A DNA stretch of 64,000 nt, taken from positions 5,553-69,552 of the forward strand of contig DYDA01000008.1 in assembly GCA_020718105.1 (NCBI GenBank), read 5' to 3'. Position 1 is the stretch's first letter. Every line of letters begins with the position of its first letter. The translations under genes were made by a program, and so were the position numbers. Positions 1-8,964 of this stretch are shown here, in pieces. The stretch is from Micavibrio sp. (GTDB taxonomy: Bacteria; Pseudomonadota; Alphaproteobacteria; UBA9219). The notes beneath the pieces were generated by a model, which saw only the letters and a program-made list of their open reading frames with translations, searched no databases and was not told the DNA's origin.

Positions 1-68
1 TAATGTTTTCTATACCCAACTCTTCATTCATGAAGGGTCTATAGAAAAGAAAAAAGGGAGCTAAGAAC

Positions 69-575
69 GTGAGCGCATCAAATCCACAAAAATTTTATCC
101 TGTCAGTTGGGATGAACTTCACCGTAATGGAAAGGCGCTTGCTTGGCGTTTATTGGACAAAGGGCCGTGGAAAGGGCTTGTCGCCATCACGCGCGGCGGC
201 CTTGTGCCTGCGGCGATTGTTGCGCGAGAGCTGGAAATCCGCGTGATCGAAACGGTCTCGGCGGTGGGGTATCATTATGATGATGCCAATCCCTCGCAGG
301 CTGACACGATTCAAATCATCAAGGCGGCGGCGGGCGTTGGCGATGGCGAAGGCTGGCTGGTCGTTGACGATCTGGTTGATACGGGGCGGACGTTTGATGT
401 GCTTCACAAAATTATGCCGAAAGCGCATTTCGCGACGGTGTACGCCAAGCCTTTGGGCAAGCCGTTGGTGGATACCTTCATCACCGAGGTCAGCCAAGAC
501 ACGTGGATTTATTTCCCGTGGGATATTGAACCTCAATTTATGAAGCCGATTGCGGCTATGGGAAAGCAAGGATAA
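69..575 (+). CDS. gpt: xanthine-guanine phosphoribosyltransferase
   Basis: 168 aa; close match to remembered E. coli Gpt (WDxL..WKG..A..RGGLVP, VVDDLVDTG PRPP-binding loop); GTG start with AAGGGAG RBS upstream. Confidence 0.85.
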   Translation: MSASNPQKFYPVSWDELHRNGKALAWRLLDKGPWKGLVAITRGGLVPAAIVARELEIRVIETVSAVGYHYDDANPSQADTIQIIKAAAGVGDGEGWLVVDDLVDTGRTFDVLHKIMPKAHFATVYAKPLGKPLVDTFITEVSQDTWIYFPWDIEPQFMKPIAAMGKQG

Positions 576-580
576 CACTT

Positions 581-1765
581 ATGAAACTCCCCCTTATCAG
601 GGTTCACGCTGCGCGGCATAAGCGCGTGGCGGGCGGCCATCCGTGGCTCTTCTCAAACGAAATTGTGATGGACGCTGCCGCTAAGGCGCTGGCGGCTGGA
701 AGCCTTGTGAAGTTCCAAGCGCATGACAGCTCCCCCCTTGGTATAGGTACGTTTAATTCGCACACGCTGATTGCGGGAAGGATTTTATCGCGTGAGCCTT
801 TGGCTTTGATTGATGAAGCATGGTTCGCAGCGCGTTTTCGCAGCGCGTTGGCGTTGCGTGAGGCTGTTATTGTTGAGCCGTTTTATCGCCTGATTCATGC
901 TGAAGCCGATGGCCTTGGTGGCCTTGTAATCGATCGCTTTGGTGATCATTTCAGCGTGCAGGTTAATACGGCGGGAATGGCGCGTTTATGGCCAAAAGCT
1001 ATGGCGGCTTTGATCGATGTGTTCCATCCGCAAAGCATCATCTTGCATAACGATAGCGCGTCTCGCGCTTTAGAAGGGTTGCCGTGTGAGGTGAGCGTGG
1101 CTTTGGGTGACCCGTCCGGCGTGGTGGAGGTGAAGGAAAACGGCTTGACCTATTTCGCGGACCTTGTGCAGGGACAGAAAACGGGCTGGTATTTCGATCA
1201 ACGTGACAATCACGCGCTGATCGCCCGCATGGCTAAGGGAAAAAGCGTTTTGGATTTGTATTGTCACGCGGGTGGCTTTGGCCTTGCGGCAGCGTTGGCG
1301 GGGGCGGTCAGCGTTGTTGGCGTGGATTCTTCCGCGCCTGCTTTGGCTCTGGCGGAAAAAGCCGCCACGCATAACGATCTTGCAACGCGCTGCTCATGGA
1401 TCAAGGCCGATGTGTTCGAAGTGTTGGAAAAACGCGCTCAAGCCAAAGAGCGTTTTGATATTGTTATCGCTGATCCGCCGCCTTTTGTGAAAAGCAAAAA
1501 GGATGTGGCGGCGGGCGCACGTGGGTATCGTAAGCTTGCCAAACTGTCGGCCTCGGTCACGGCGCAAGGTGGGGTTCTGTTCATCGCATCATGCAGTCAC
1601 AATATGGATATGGCCACCTTTACGCAGGAAGTGGCTCGTGGTCTTTATGAGGCTAAGCGCAGCGGCGCGATCCTTTATACCTGTGGGGCTGCCCCCGATC
1701 ATCCCGTTCATCCCCATTTGCCCGAAAGCGCCTATCTGAAGGGCTTGCTGATAAGGTTGGATTAA
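581..1765 (+). CDS. class I SAM-dependent 23S rRNA m5C methyltransferase (RlmI/RlmK-like, PUA + MTase)
   Basis: 394 aa; motifs YFDQRDN, DLYCHAGGFG, IVIADPPPF typical of RlmI-family methyltransferases. Confidence 0.7.
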   Translation: MKLPLIRVHAARHKRVAGGHPWLFSNEIVMDAAAKALAAGSLVKFQAHDSSPLGIGTFNSHTLIAGRILSREPLALIDEAWFAARFRSALALREAVIVEPFYRLIHAEADGLGGLVIDRFGDHFSVQVNTAGMARLWPKAMAALIDVFHPQSIILHNDSASRALEGLPCEVSVALGDPSGVVEVKENGLTYFADLVQGQKTGWYFDQRDNHALIARMAKGKSVLDLYCHAGGFGLAAALAGAVSVVGVDSSAPALALAEKAATHNDLATRCSWIKADVFEVLEKRAQAKERFDIVIADPPPFVKSKKDVAAGARGYRKLAKLSASVTAQGGVLFIASCSHNMDMATFTQEVARGLYEAKRSGAILYTCGAAPDHPVHPHLPESAYLKGLLIRLD

Positions 1766-1771
1766 GCGCAT

Positions 1772-1808
1772 AAAAAAAGGGGGAAGCCTAGGCTTCCCCC
1801 TTTTTTAT
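1772..1808. terminator. bidirectional intrinsic terminator between convergent genes
   Basis: A7-GGGGGAAGCC-TAGG-CTTCCCCC-T7: perfect GC-rich hairpin flanked by an A-run and a T-run, located between the stops of the convergent genes at 1765 and 1829. Confidence 0.8.
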
Positions 1809-1828
1809 TTATTTGAGCCAACTTCGTA

Positions 1829-2464
1829 TTAAGCCGCTTTGCGGTTTTTGCGATGACGATAGCCAGCCAGACCAGCAAGGCCTAACCCAAACAAGGGCAG
1901 GGCGGCGGGAAGCGGCACGTTCGAAACGGCATAGGTCGCTCCAACTTTCTTGCAACGGAACCAGTCATAAGAAAGGAAATAGCTGTCAAAGTTCGCGGCG
2001 ACATTAGCCAGATTGGTAATGGTGACCGTGGCCGATTTTTTGTCATCAGCCATAATCGCGGAAACGATCACATCCAAAACATCGCTTGTGTTATGAAAGC
2101 CGTGACCCGCGAAAGCTTCTTGGTTCCTTGACCAGCCATTGGAATCGACACCTGTGCGATAGCGCGTGGAGCCATCCCTGTAAGCGGCATCGCCCTGAAC
2201 GTAATCCCATGTTCCAAGAGAGCTGAGGAAAGTATAGGTGAACGTGATGGCTGTGTTGCTGGGGAGCAAGCCTTGAACATAGTCATATTTCCAGCCGCCA
2301 TCACCAAAGAAAGTGTATGTGTCAACCGCGCCTGTATCGCCCGCAGCGACCATGCCCATATTGTCATGATGACCCGTGAAATCAACCGTTGCGGCCCCCG
2401 CAGGTGAACCCATCGTCAAAGCAATGAGTGCCAAAGAAGCGGCAAAAAAAGAGCGGAATGTCAT
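1829..2464 (-). CDS. secreted PEP-CTERM-anchored protein (putative exosortase substrate)
   Basis: Signal peptide MTFRSFFAASLALIALTMGSPAGA at the chosen internal Met. C-terminus VPLPAALPLFGLGLAGLAGYRHRKNRKAA is a VP[EL]P motif plus a hydrophobic span plus a basic tail, i.e. the PEP-CTERM architecture. Confidence 0.6.
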   Translation of the reverse strand: MTFRSFFAASLALIALTMGSPAGAATVDFTGHHDNMGMVAAGDTGAVDTYTFFGDGGWKYDYVQGLLPSNTAITFTYTFLSSLGTWDYVQGDAAYRDGSTRYRTGVDSNGWSRNQEAFAGHGFHNTSDVLDVIVSAIMADDKKSATVTITNLANVAANFDSYFLSYDWFRCKKVGATYAVSNVPLPAALPLFGLGLAGLAGYRHRKNRKAA

Positions 2465-2674
2465 CGTTTGAATCCTTGTTGTTATTTCTGATTTTAAACT
2501 CATTCTGATTGTAGTGGGAAATCAATTTAAACGCAAGGGGTGAAAATATAAGAAAAAGATAAGGATGGATTAAAAGAAGCACCATGTTGAATGGCCTGTT
2601 TTGTTGACTTTTGCCTTGAAATCAAGGGGTGAGGGGCGCATGCTTTTTCCGCTTTAACACTTTTAAAGGAGGCC

Positions 2675-3583
2675 TTGGCCATGACTCAGTCCACGTTTTT
2701 TGGTTCTATAACGGCTCTTATCACGCCCTTTAAGAACGGCGAGATTGATGAGAAGGCGTTCCAAGAATTTGTGGCGTGGCAGATTCATGAAGGCACGAAC
2801 GGGCTTGTCCCCTGTGGCACGACAGGCGAAGCGCCCACGCTTTCCGATATGGAGTATGACCTTTTGTTTCGCTCCTGCCTTGAGATTGCCAAGGGTAAGG
2901 TTCCCGTGATGGCGGGCTGCGGATCAAACGCGACGGCGCATGCCGTTCATCTGACGCAGATGGCGCAGAAGGCGGGCGCGGACGCCGCGCTTCATGTTGT
3001 GCCCTATTACAACAAACCCTCGCAAGAAGGCCTCTATCAGCATTTCAAAGCGATTCACGATTCCAGTGATCTGCCAATCTTTATCTATAACATTCCGGGG
3101 CGCAGCATCGTGAACATGACGCCAGAGACGATGGCGAGGCTCTCGCACTTGCCGCGTATCGTGGGAACGAAGGACGCGACGGGCAATCTGCAGCGCCCCT
3201 TAAAAGTTCGGCAGCTGTGCGGCGCGGATTTTGTGCAGCTGTCCGGCAATGACGATATCGCACTGGCCTTTTTGGCGCAGGGCGGGGCGGGGAACATCTC
3301 GGTCGTCTCGAACATTGCGCCCGCGCTTTGCGCAAAGATGCAGGCCGCGTGGAGGGCAGGGGACATAGCCGCCGCGCAAAAGATCAACGATCAGCTGATG
3401 CCGCTGATTGAGGTTCTGTTTGTCGAAACCTCCCCCTCGCCGGTTAAGTATGCCGCGTCCCTTTTGGGCAAGGGCAGGAATGAGCTTCGCTTGCCCATGG
3501 TTCCCGTTACCAAGGCGAACGAAAAGCAAATCAAAGACGCCATGGTGGCCTCAATCCTTGATATGGTTGACGATGCGGCATAG
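2675..3583 (+). CDS. dapA: 4-hydroxy-tetrahydrodipicolinate synthase
   Basis: 302 aa; ITALITPF...GTNGLVPCGTTGE...IYNIPGR pattern of the DapA/NAL family. Confidence 0.85.
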   Translation: MAMTQSTFFGSITALITPFKNGEIDEKAFQEFVAWQIHEGTNGLVPCGTTGEAPTLSDMEYDLLFRSCLEIAKGKVPVMAGCGSNATAHAVHLTQMAQKAGADAALHVVPYYNKPSQEGLYQHFKAIHDSSDLPIFIYNIPGRSIVNMTPETMARLSHLPRIVGTKDATGNLQRPLKVRQLCGADFVQLSGNDDIALAFLAQGGAGNISVVSNIAPALCAKMQAAWRAGDIAAAQKINDQLMPLIEVLFVETSPSPVKYAASLLGKGRNELRLPMVPVTKANEKQIKDAMVASILDMVDDAA

Positions 3584-3954
3584 GTAATTGTTTAAATTCA
3601 AACATAAATTCCGTCATTCCCGCGCCCTTGTCCAGCCGCTCTTGCGGCTGGCGAAAGGGCAAAGCGGGCATCCCGTTTGGTTTCTTTTAAAAGACTTTTT
3701 GCGAAAATATTAAAAGCTCTTTAACAGATTGAGCTATAATAGATAGTATAGGGCTTGTCTTGTGGCGACTTGTGCGCTGAGGTAGGGAGCAAGGACAGAA
3801 GTAAGAACCACCCTCCCCTTGCGGGAGGGTCGATTTTGCGAAAGCAAAATCGGGGAGGGGGCTTTCCACCGGCTGGATTAAGCCCTGTGGGGCAAGGTGG
3901 CAGAGAGTGAAAAGGCGAATACTCAGATCAAGGGGTGGTCAGCGATAAGAAAAT

Positions 3955-4081
3955 AAATGGGATCCCCGCCTTCGCGGGGATGACGCTAAAGGGATGGTTT
4001 GTTCTTAAAACCACCGTCATGCCAGCGAAGGCTGGCATCCCATTTTCTTCTTCTTTCAAAGAACCAACTCTTGAAGTAGAG
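3955..4081. repeat. partial MITE-like element (right half with both nested hairpins and right TIR)
   Basis: AAATGGGATCCCCGCCTTCGCGGGGATGACG hairpin, then CGTCATGCCAGCGAAGGCTGGCATCCCATT hairpin, then AACCAACTCTTGAAGTAGAG terminus. Same order as the full copies at 31077 and 46977 but lacking the left TIR. Confidence 0.7.
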
Positions 4082-4130
4082 AATGAACATGAGCGTGGCT
4101 CAAAAACAAAGCGGCTGGAGGCTATAGTTT

Positions 4131-7100
4131 ATGCTTTTCAACAACGGCGACGATAAAGCGAAAGACAAAAAACGCTCTATGCTGGGCATGCTGTTCAATC
4201 CGCGCTTTGACCGCGATGTGAAACCCTTGGGCGAGAGCATGGGCATGTTCGTGCGCATGATCGCGATGGTCTTTGCCGCGCATCGTTTGTTTCCAAAGGA
4301 TCACCCCGCGCTACGCGATACCAACCTGCGCCTGACGTTGCGAGAGGTGATCACAGCCGCCTATGGCAACCTGTCCTTCACAAAGGAGGGAATGCCCCAA
4401 GTCCTTCTTTTCGCCGCGGTGATCGGCACGCTGGGCTTCGCCGCCCTGTTTGTCGTGATGCTCGTCCTGTCCATCTTCTCCCCCTCACAAGCCCATGCGC
4501 AAAGTATGTTTACGTTGTCCAGTGAGGCTGAGGCATGTGATTTAGCTCAAAAATGGATCGGTTATTTGTTTCTTGGAGCGGATCTTAACGCGGGCTCTGG
4601 TTGTGCCTCGTCTTATTATGCGCCTAACAGTCAGCTGATACAGCAGGCACTCCTTGCCGCGTTCTCTACTTATAGCAGCATGATTTTAGCGGTGGCAGGC
4701 CTTTTGCTGATGTATCATTTGGCGGCGATGATTGCCGAAACGGCGCATACGGGCAAGCCCATGGGGCGTGCTAATCAAATTTGGGCCCCCATCCGCCTTG
4801 TGATCGCCATTGGCCTTTTGGTTCCCATTTCTGGTGGGCTTAACACGGGGCAATATGTCGTTATTCAAATGACAAAGTGGGGCTCTGCTTTTGCCAGTAA
4901 TACGTGGACTGGTTTCCTGAGTGGGTTAAATACAAATTTTAATAGCATGGGGTTTGTTACCCCGCCCCCACCGTATGTTGAATCTGTGGTGAAAAACATC
5001 ATCGTCTATGGTGGCTGTGTCGCGCAGCATAATGCCATGATTAATGCGATGATTGCGTCAGGAGCGACAGATTTAAACGGATATCTTATCCCGACGATAT
5101 CGTTTGCCCCATATACTCCTGCCATTGGAGGTAAGTATGCCGAAGCCGCTTTCTTAAGCACAAATAAGGATGTCGGATGTGGTTCTGTACGACTTCCCCC
5201 AGGGCCTGACTATGTATCAGGCGATCCATTGGATGGTCTTGCCGCAGGCGTTTACCAAGTTTCTTATAACACTTTCCAAAATGTTGTTAATATTGCGACC
5301 ATGCCGGGCACAACTATTGCCAATTTAGCGGTTGGTTTATTGCCTGCAGCATATCGTGGAACCGTGGCGGAAAGCACGCCAGCGGGCATTATTGATGAGG
5401 CGAAAAGTATTATTGAAACCGCTAACACCACTATGACGACCGCTCTTCAAAGTGCTTTAAGCGCGTCTATTGCTCAGCCCTTTAATAATGCTGCGATAGC
5501 TCAGTATTCTACTTCTGGATGGGTTATGGCTGGGGCGTGGTTTAATACTCTTGCCCGTATGCAGGGCGGACTTTTCGATATGGTCAATTCTACTTTTTCT
5601 GTTGAGTTGTCACCTCCGCAATTGGGGGCTAAGGGATTTCTTAGTTCTGCTGGAGCATGGATTTCTAGTGTGACGGGGTATGGGGACTCTGGACAGGTTA
5701 AAGATAATGACCAAACAGTTTCTCAGTATGTGACTAAGTTTGCTTCTATTGTTGATGCTGCCAACAAAAATGATGTGACAGAGTTAGCGGCAACGGGTTC
5801 CAGTGCTGATTCCAAACCAGCTTTAGGAACAGTGGCCTCTTTATTTTTCAAAGGACTTAATTTTGCTGGCAAACAGATAGAACTATGGGATGATGAAAAA
5901 ATTATTTTGCAAGCGGGCACGCATGCTAATCCGTTCTCTGAGGTTGCCGCGTTTGGATATAAGCTCTTTTCGTATGCTATGAATCTTATGACTGTGGCAG
6001 GTATGGGGACCGCAGCAGCGGCGGTGACAGGCTCAGTTTTAGGGGCTGTGGGGGCGGCTGGTGTCTCGGGGGGGATTGCACTTCCTGTAGGTGGAATTGC
6101 CGGAGCGTTTATCGGTGCAGGTATTGCCAATATTGCAGGCGGTCTTTTAGGGGTTGCCTTTACAATAGCGGGGGCGATGGCGGCGGCGGGAATTATGATG
6201 GGGTTTTATGTTCCCTTATTGCCGTTTATTCGCTTTTTCTTTCACGTGTTGTCGTGGTTGATTTCTGTTTTTGAAGCTGTTGTTTCTGCTCCCCTATTTG
6301 CATTGGCGCATCTTACGCCTTATGGCGATGGTTTGCCGGGGGGGATGGCACAAAAAGGGTACTTCTTTATTCTCAGTATATTCTTGCGTCCTGTTTTGAC
6401 AGTTTTTGGTCTTATGGCGGGCATGCTTATGTTCTTCGTGGCCATTAACTTTCTTAACTTATCTTTTGGTATTGCCTCCGCTAGTGTTGGCGCGTTTGAA
6501 GGTGGTTTTGCCGTTCTTTCTAAAATCATCTTCTGTTTAATGTACTGTGTGTTGGTTTATATTTGTGCCAATAACTGTTTCAAAGCTGTTGGCTATTTTG
6601 CAGAACATGGCATGAATTGGATGAATGCTCAGGGTTCTATGGGCGTTGGCATGGGTGATAAAGGCCTTACCGAAAAGGTTATGGGCGCTGGAACAGCTTA
6701 CCTTGGCCACAAGACGGGGGAAATGGTTCAGTCTGCCAGTAAGGCCGGTGGTCAAGCGCTAGGGGGACCGATAGCGAACAAAATTGATCACAAAGCTAAA
6801 TCTAATTTAAAAGCAAAGGATGATGCTGCAGCTTTAGAGAAAGAGAATGCAGCAGGAGATCTTTCTAAAAAACGTCACGATGAAAATATAACGGCAGGAA
6901 AAGAGCAGCTTTATAATCAACAGGTTATATTGGAAACGTTGGAGGGAATGGCAGGGCGTGGTTCCGGTGGATCAAGCAGTGGTAATTTAGGCGGGGGTTC
7001 TGGCGGCGGCGGCAATCTAGGCGGTGGCAGTAATCGTAATTTGCCGAATTATGCTGATGGTGGACGGACGACACCAAGCGGTGGCGGACTTTCAAATAAA

Positions 7101-7151
7101 GACATAAAGCAATTGATGTCTGATAAGGATGGCAAAGACGATAGAGGATAG
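4131..7151 (+). CDS. large orphan polytopic membrane protein with Gly-rich C-terminal tail (TrbL/VirB6- or DotA-like architecture; family not established)
   Basis: 1006 aa ORF with a GGAGG RBS 10 nt upstream. About 85-aa basic N-terminus, then TM (VLLFAAVIGTLGFAALFVVMLVL), Cys-containing periplasmic segment, two more TMs, a soluble domain of roughly 350 aa, and a dense cluster of 6-8 Gly/Ala-rich TM helices (aa ~610-800). Tail is GNLGGGSGGGGNLGGGSNRNLPNYADGG. Confidence 0.6.
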   Translation: MLFNNGDDKAKDKKRSMLGMLFNPRFDRDVKPLGESMGMFVRMIAMVFAAHRLFPKDHPALRDTNLRLTLREVITAAYGNLSFTKEGMPQVLLFAAVIGTLGFAALFVVMLVLSIFSPSQAHAQSMFTLSSEAEACDLAQKWIGYLFLGADLNAGSGCASSYYAPNSQLIQQALLAAFSTYSSMILAVAGLLLMYHLAAMIAETAHTGKPMGRANQIWAPIRLVIAIGLLVPISGGLNTGQYVVIQMTKWGSAFASNTWTGFLSGLNTNFNSMGFVTPPPPYVESVVKNIIVYGGCVAQHNAMINAMIASGATDLNGYLIPTISFAPYTPAIGGKYAEAAFLSTNKDVGCGSVRLPPGPDYVSGDPLDGLAAGVYQVSYNTFQNVVNIATMPGTTIANLAVGLLPAAYRGTVAESTPAGIIDEAKSIIETANTTMTTALQSALSASIAQPFNNAAIAQYSTSGWVMAGAWFNTLARMQGGLFDMVNSTFSVELSPPQLGAKGFLSSAGAWISSVTGYGDSGQVKDNDQTVSQYVTKFASIVDAANKNDVTELAATGSSADSKPALGTVASLFFKGLNFAGKQIELWDDEKIILQAGTHANPFSEVAAFGYKLFSYAMNLMTVAGMGTAAAAVTGSVLGAVGAAGVSGGIALPVGGIAGAFIGAGIANIAGGLLGVAFTIAGAMAAAGIMMGFYVPLLPFIRFFFHVLSWLISVFEAVVSAPLFALAHLTPYGDGLPGGMAQKGYFFILSIFLRPVLTVFGLMAGMLMFFVAINFLNLSFGIASASVGAFEGGFAVLSKIIFCLMYCVLVYICANNCFKAVGYFAEHGMNWMNAQGSMGVGMGDKGLTEKVMGAGTAYLGHKTGEMVQSASKAGGQALGGPIANKIDHKAKSNLKAKDDAAALEKENAAGDLSKKRHDENITAGKEQLYNQQVILETLEGMAGRGSGGSSSGNLGGGSGGGGNLGGGSNRNLPNYADGGRTTPSGGGLSNKDIKQLMSDKDGKDDRG

Positions 7152-7165
7152 CATTGATAAAAAAC

Positions 7166-7280
7166 TATAGTCCGTCCGCTTGAAAACCCGAAAATTTTTT
7201 CCCCGCCAAGACGCATGACTTAAAAGGAAACAGACAACCGCGGCCAAAAAGTTTTCGGGTTTTCAAGTTGACGTAGTATA
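7166..7280. repeat. 115-bp repeat with internal 16-bp inverted repeat (family B), copy 1
   Basis: TATAGTCCGTCCGCTTGAAAACCCGAAAA...AAAAGTTTTCGGGTTTTCAAGTTGACGTAGTATA; second copy at 46849-46953 has identical ends and a divergent centre. Confidence 0.75.
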
Positions 7281-7316
7281 ACGTGATTTTCAAGAAAGCT
7301 ATCCTGATTACATATC

Positions 7317-7375
7317 AAGAGTTGGCAAGGGTAAGGGGCGTAAACCCTCCCTCAAGGGGAGGGGGATTGGTTCGT
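7317..7375. repeat. MITE left terminus (CAAGAGTTGGCAAG) fused to CCCTCCC/GGGAGGG hairpin
   Basis: CAAGAGTTGGCAAGGGTAAGGGGCGTAAACCCTCCCTCAAGGGGAGGGGG; the same left TIR as the 160-bp elements with a different payload hairpin (compare 3820-3870). Confidence 0.55.
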
Positions 7376-7695
7376 CGTTTTTGTTAACCTGAGTGCGGAG
7401 TCTTGGGTGTTTTTAAGCAAAGGGCGTGTAAATTAACTGACCTTTAAGGAGGTTCGGTCTACACTAAACTGGTACGCGTAGCGGCGACGCCGATGGGCTT
7501 TGGGTTGGGTGGTTCAAAGAAGACGACAACGACCGTTATTCTGTATAATGATAAATATCTTGGTCGTACGGTTCTTTGTGATGAAGGTTCTGATGGAAAA
7601 GAGGGGCAAGAAGTAAGCCGTAGCACGAGCAATCCAGACACAATAAAAATCCCCGGCACAATAACATTCTAGTCGGGAAGAAGGATAAAGTCGTT

Positions 7696-7732
7696 CAGAC
7701 CCCCTGTTGAAAAGGCAGGGGGTCTTCTTTAT
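7696..7732 (+). terminator. intrinsic terminator-like hairpin closing a possible small transcript
   Basis: AGACCCCCTG-TTGAAAAGG-CAGGGGGTCT followed by TCTTCTTT; a perfect TATAAT at ~7543-7548 lies upstream. Confidence 0.45.
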
Positions 7733-8100
7733 GGGCGTGATTTTCCACAACAAATATGCAATTTATTGAAATATAAGATAAATAAAAATGAGGCATAATG
7801 CGCTTTTTCCCTTGACATGGGGGATGTCTCTGTGGTATTGACATCGCTACGCGCAGCTGTGTCCAAAATCGCCCTTTCTGTTTTTTTCCCGCTTTTCATG
7901 CCTTTGGCCGCGTTTTGCGCTTTCCCTTGTCTTTTGCGTCCGTGTTGTGTAGAAACGCCCCAACTTGAAGCCAAGGTGGCTTTGAGCATATCGCACATGC
8001 GCTGGGTCGTCGGGGAGAGACATCCTTCGATACCATCCGGTGTTCCCGTTGGGAACGCAATCGGCGCATGGAGGCTTAACCGGAAAATGAAAGGCAGATC

Positions 8101-8853
8101 ATGACAGTTCCCGTCGTGTCACTTAAAGAATTGTTCGAAGCTGGCGTCCATTTTGGACATAAAACGCGCAGCTGGAACCCCAAAATGCAATCTTACATCT
8201 TTGGCGTGCGTAACGGCATCCATATCATGGATTTGGAGCAATCTGTTCCCATGATGCAGCAGGCCTTGCAGCAGCTTCGCGATACCGCCGCTAAGGGTGG
8301 CCGCGTTCTGTTCGTCGGCACAAAGCGTCAGGCGCAGGAAAAGGTGGCCGAGGCCGCCAAGCGTTGCGGTCAATACTACGTCAACCATCGTTGGCTGGGC
8401 GGTATGCTCACCAATTGGAAGACCATTTCGCTGTCCATCAAGCGCCTTCGCGAATTGGATGAAAAGCTGGCCTCGCAATCGGCCAAGTTCACCAAGAAAG
8501 AAACGCTGGAGATGACCCGCCATCGCGACAAGTTAGAGCGTGCTTTGGGCGGCATCAAGGATATGGGCGGCACGCCCGATATTCTGTTTGTGATCGATAC
8601 GTGCAAGGAAGCTTTGGCGATTCAAGAAGCCGTGAAGTTAGGCCTTCCCGTGATCGCGATTGCGGACAGCAATTCTGACCCCACGAACATCACGTTCCCC
8701 ATTCCCGGTAACGATGATGCGGCGCGTGCGATTGACCTTTACTGCGACATGGCGGCGATGGCTGTTCTGGACGGCATTGAAGCCGAAGTCGTCGCCAGCG
8801 GCGCGGACGTTGGCGCAGCCGTTGACGTTCCGACCAGCGAAACGAAAGTCTAA
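8101..8853 (+). CDS. rpsB: 30S ribosomal protein S2
   Basis: 250 aa; [19 protein letters not shown]...HIMDLEQ N-terminus typical of S2. Confidence 0.95.
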   Translation: MTVPVVSLKELFEAGVHFGHKTRSWNPKMQSYIFGVRNGIHIMDLEQSVPMMQQALQQLRDTAAKGGRVLFVGTKRQAQEKVAEAAKRCGQYYVNHRWLGGMLTNWKTISLSIKRLRELDEKLASQSAKFTKKETLEMTRHRDKLERALGGIKDMGGTPDILFVIDTCKEALAIQEAVKLGLPVIAIADSNSDPTNITFPIPGNDDAARAIDLYCDMAAMAVLDGIEAEVVASGADVGAAVDVPTSETKV

Positions 8854-8880
8854 GCGAGAGATCAGGGGGCAGAGTTTAGA

Positions 8881-8905
8881 GTTCAGGGAAAGGCTTTCCC
8901 TGAAC
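8881..8905 (+). terminator. rpsB-tsf intergenic hairpin (attenuator or partial terminator)
   Basis: Perfect palindrome GTTCAGGGAAAGG/CTTTCCCTGAAC embedded in AGAGTTCAG / CTGAACTCT repeat units. Confidence 0.4.
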
Positions 8906-8964
8906 CGACTCTTTGACCCTCTGAACTCTGGACTCTGAACTCTGACCCCCATAGGAGAATCCCA

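Noticed and set aside
3935-4156. 73-aa ORF spanning the partial MITE (and similar ORFs 14247-14693, 30927-31244, 46691-47004 over repeat DNA)
   Set aside because: The open frames are created by the palindromic repeat units themselves. The same 'peptides' (e.g. [19 protein letters not shown]) recur wherever the repeat occurs, in either orientation.
4131-7151. Assigning the giant membrane ORF outright to VirB6/TrbL or DotA and inferring a type IV secretion system
   Set aside because: Only topology and a Gly-rich tail match. No signature motif could be verified by eye, and no other T4SS component is in the window. It is reported as a candidate only.
7440-7700. Possible permuted two-piece tmRNA (ssrA): triple in-frame stops TAA-TGA-TAA at 7546-7554, a GAC/AAC-rich stretch, and a GGTTCG motif
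   Set aside because: No ANDN-type tag frame begins with a GCN resume codon. No T-arm/acceptor pairing with CCA could be built. The stop triplet is better explained as a TATAAT -10 element in AT-rich DNA.
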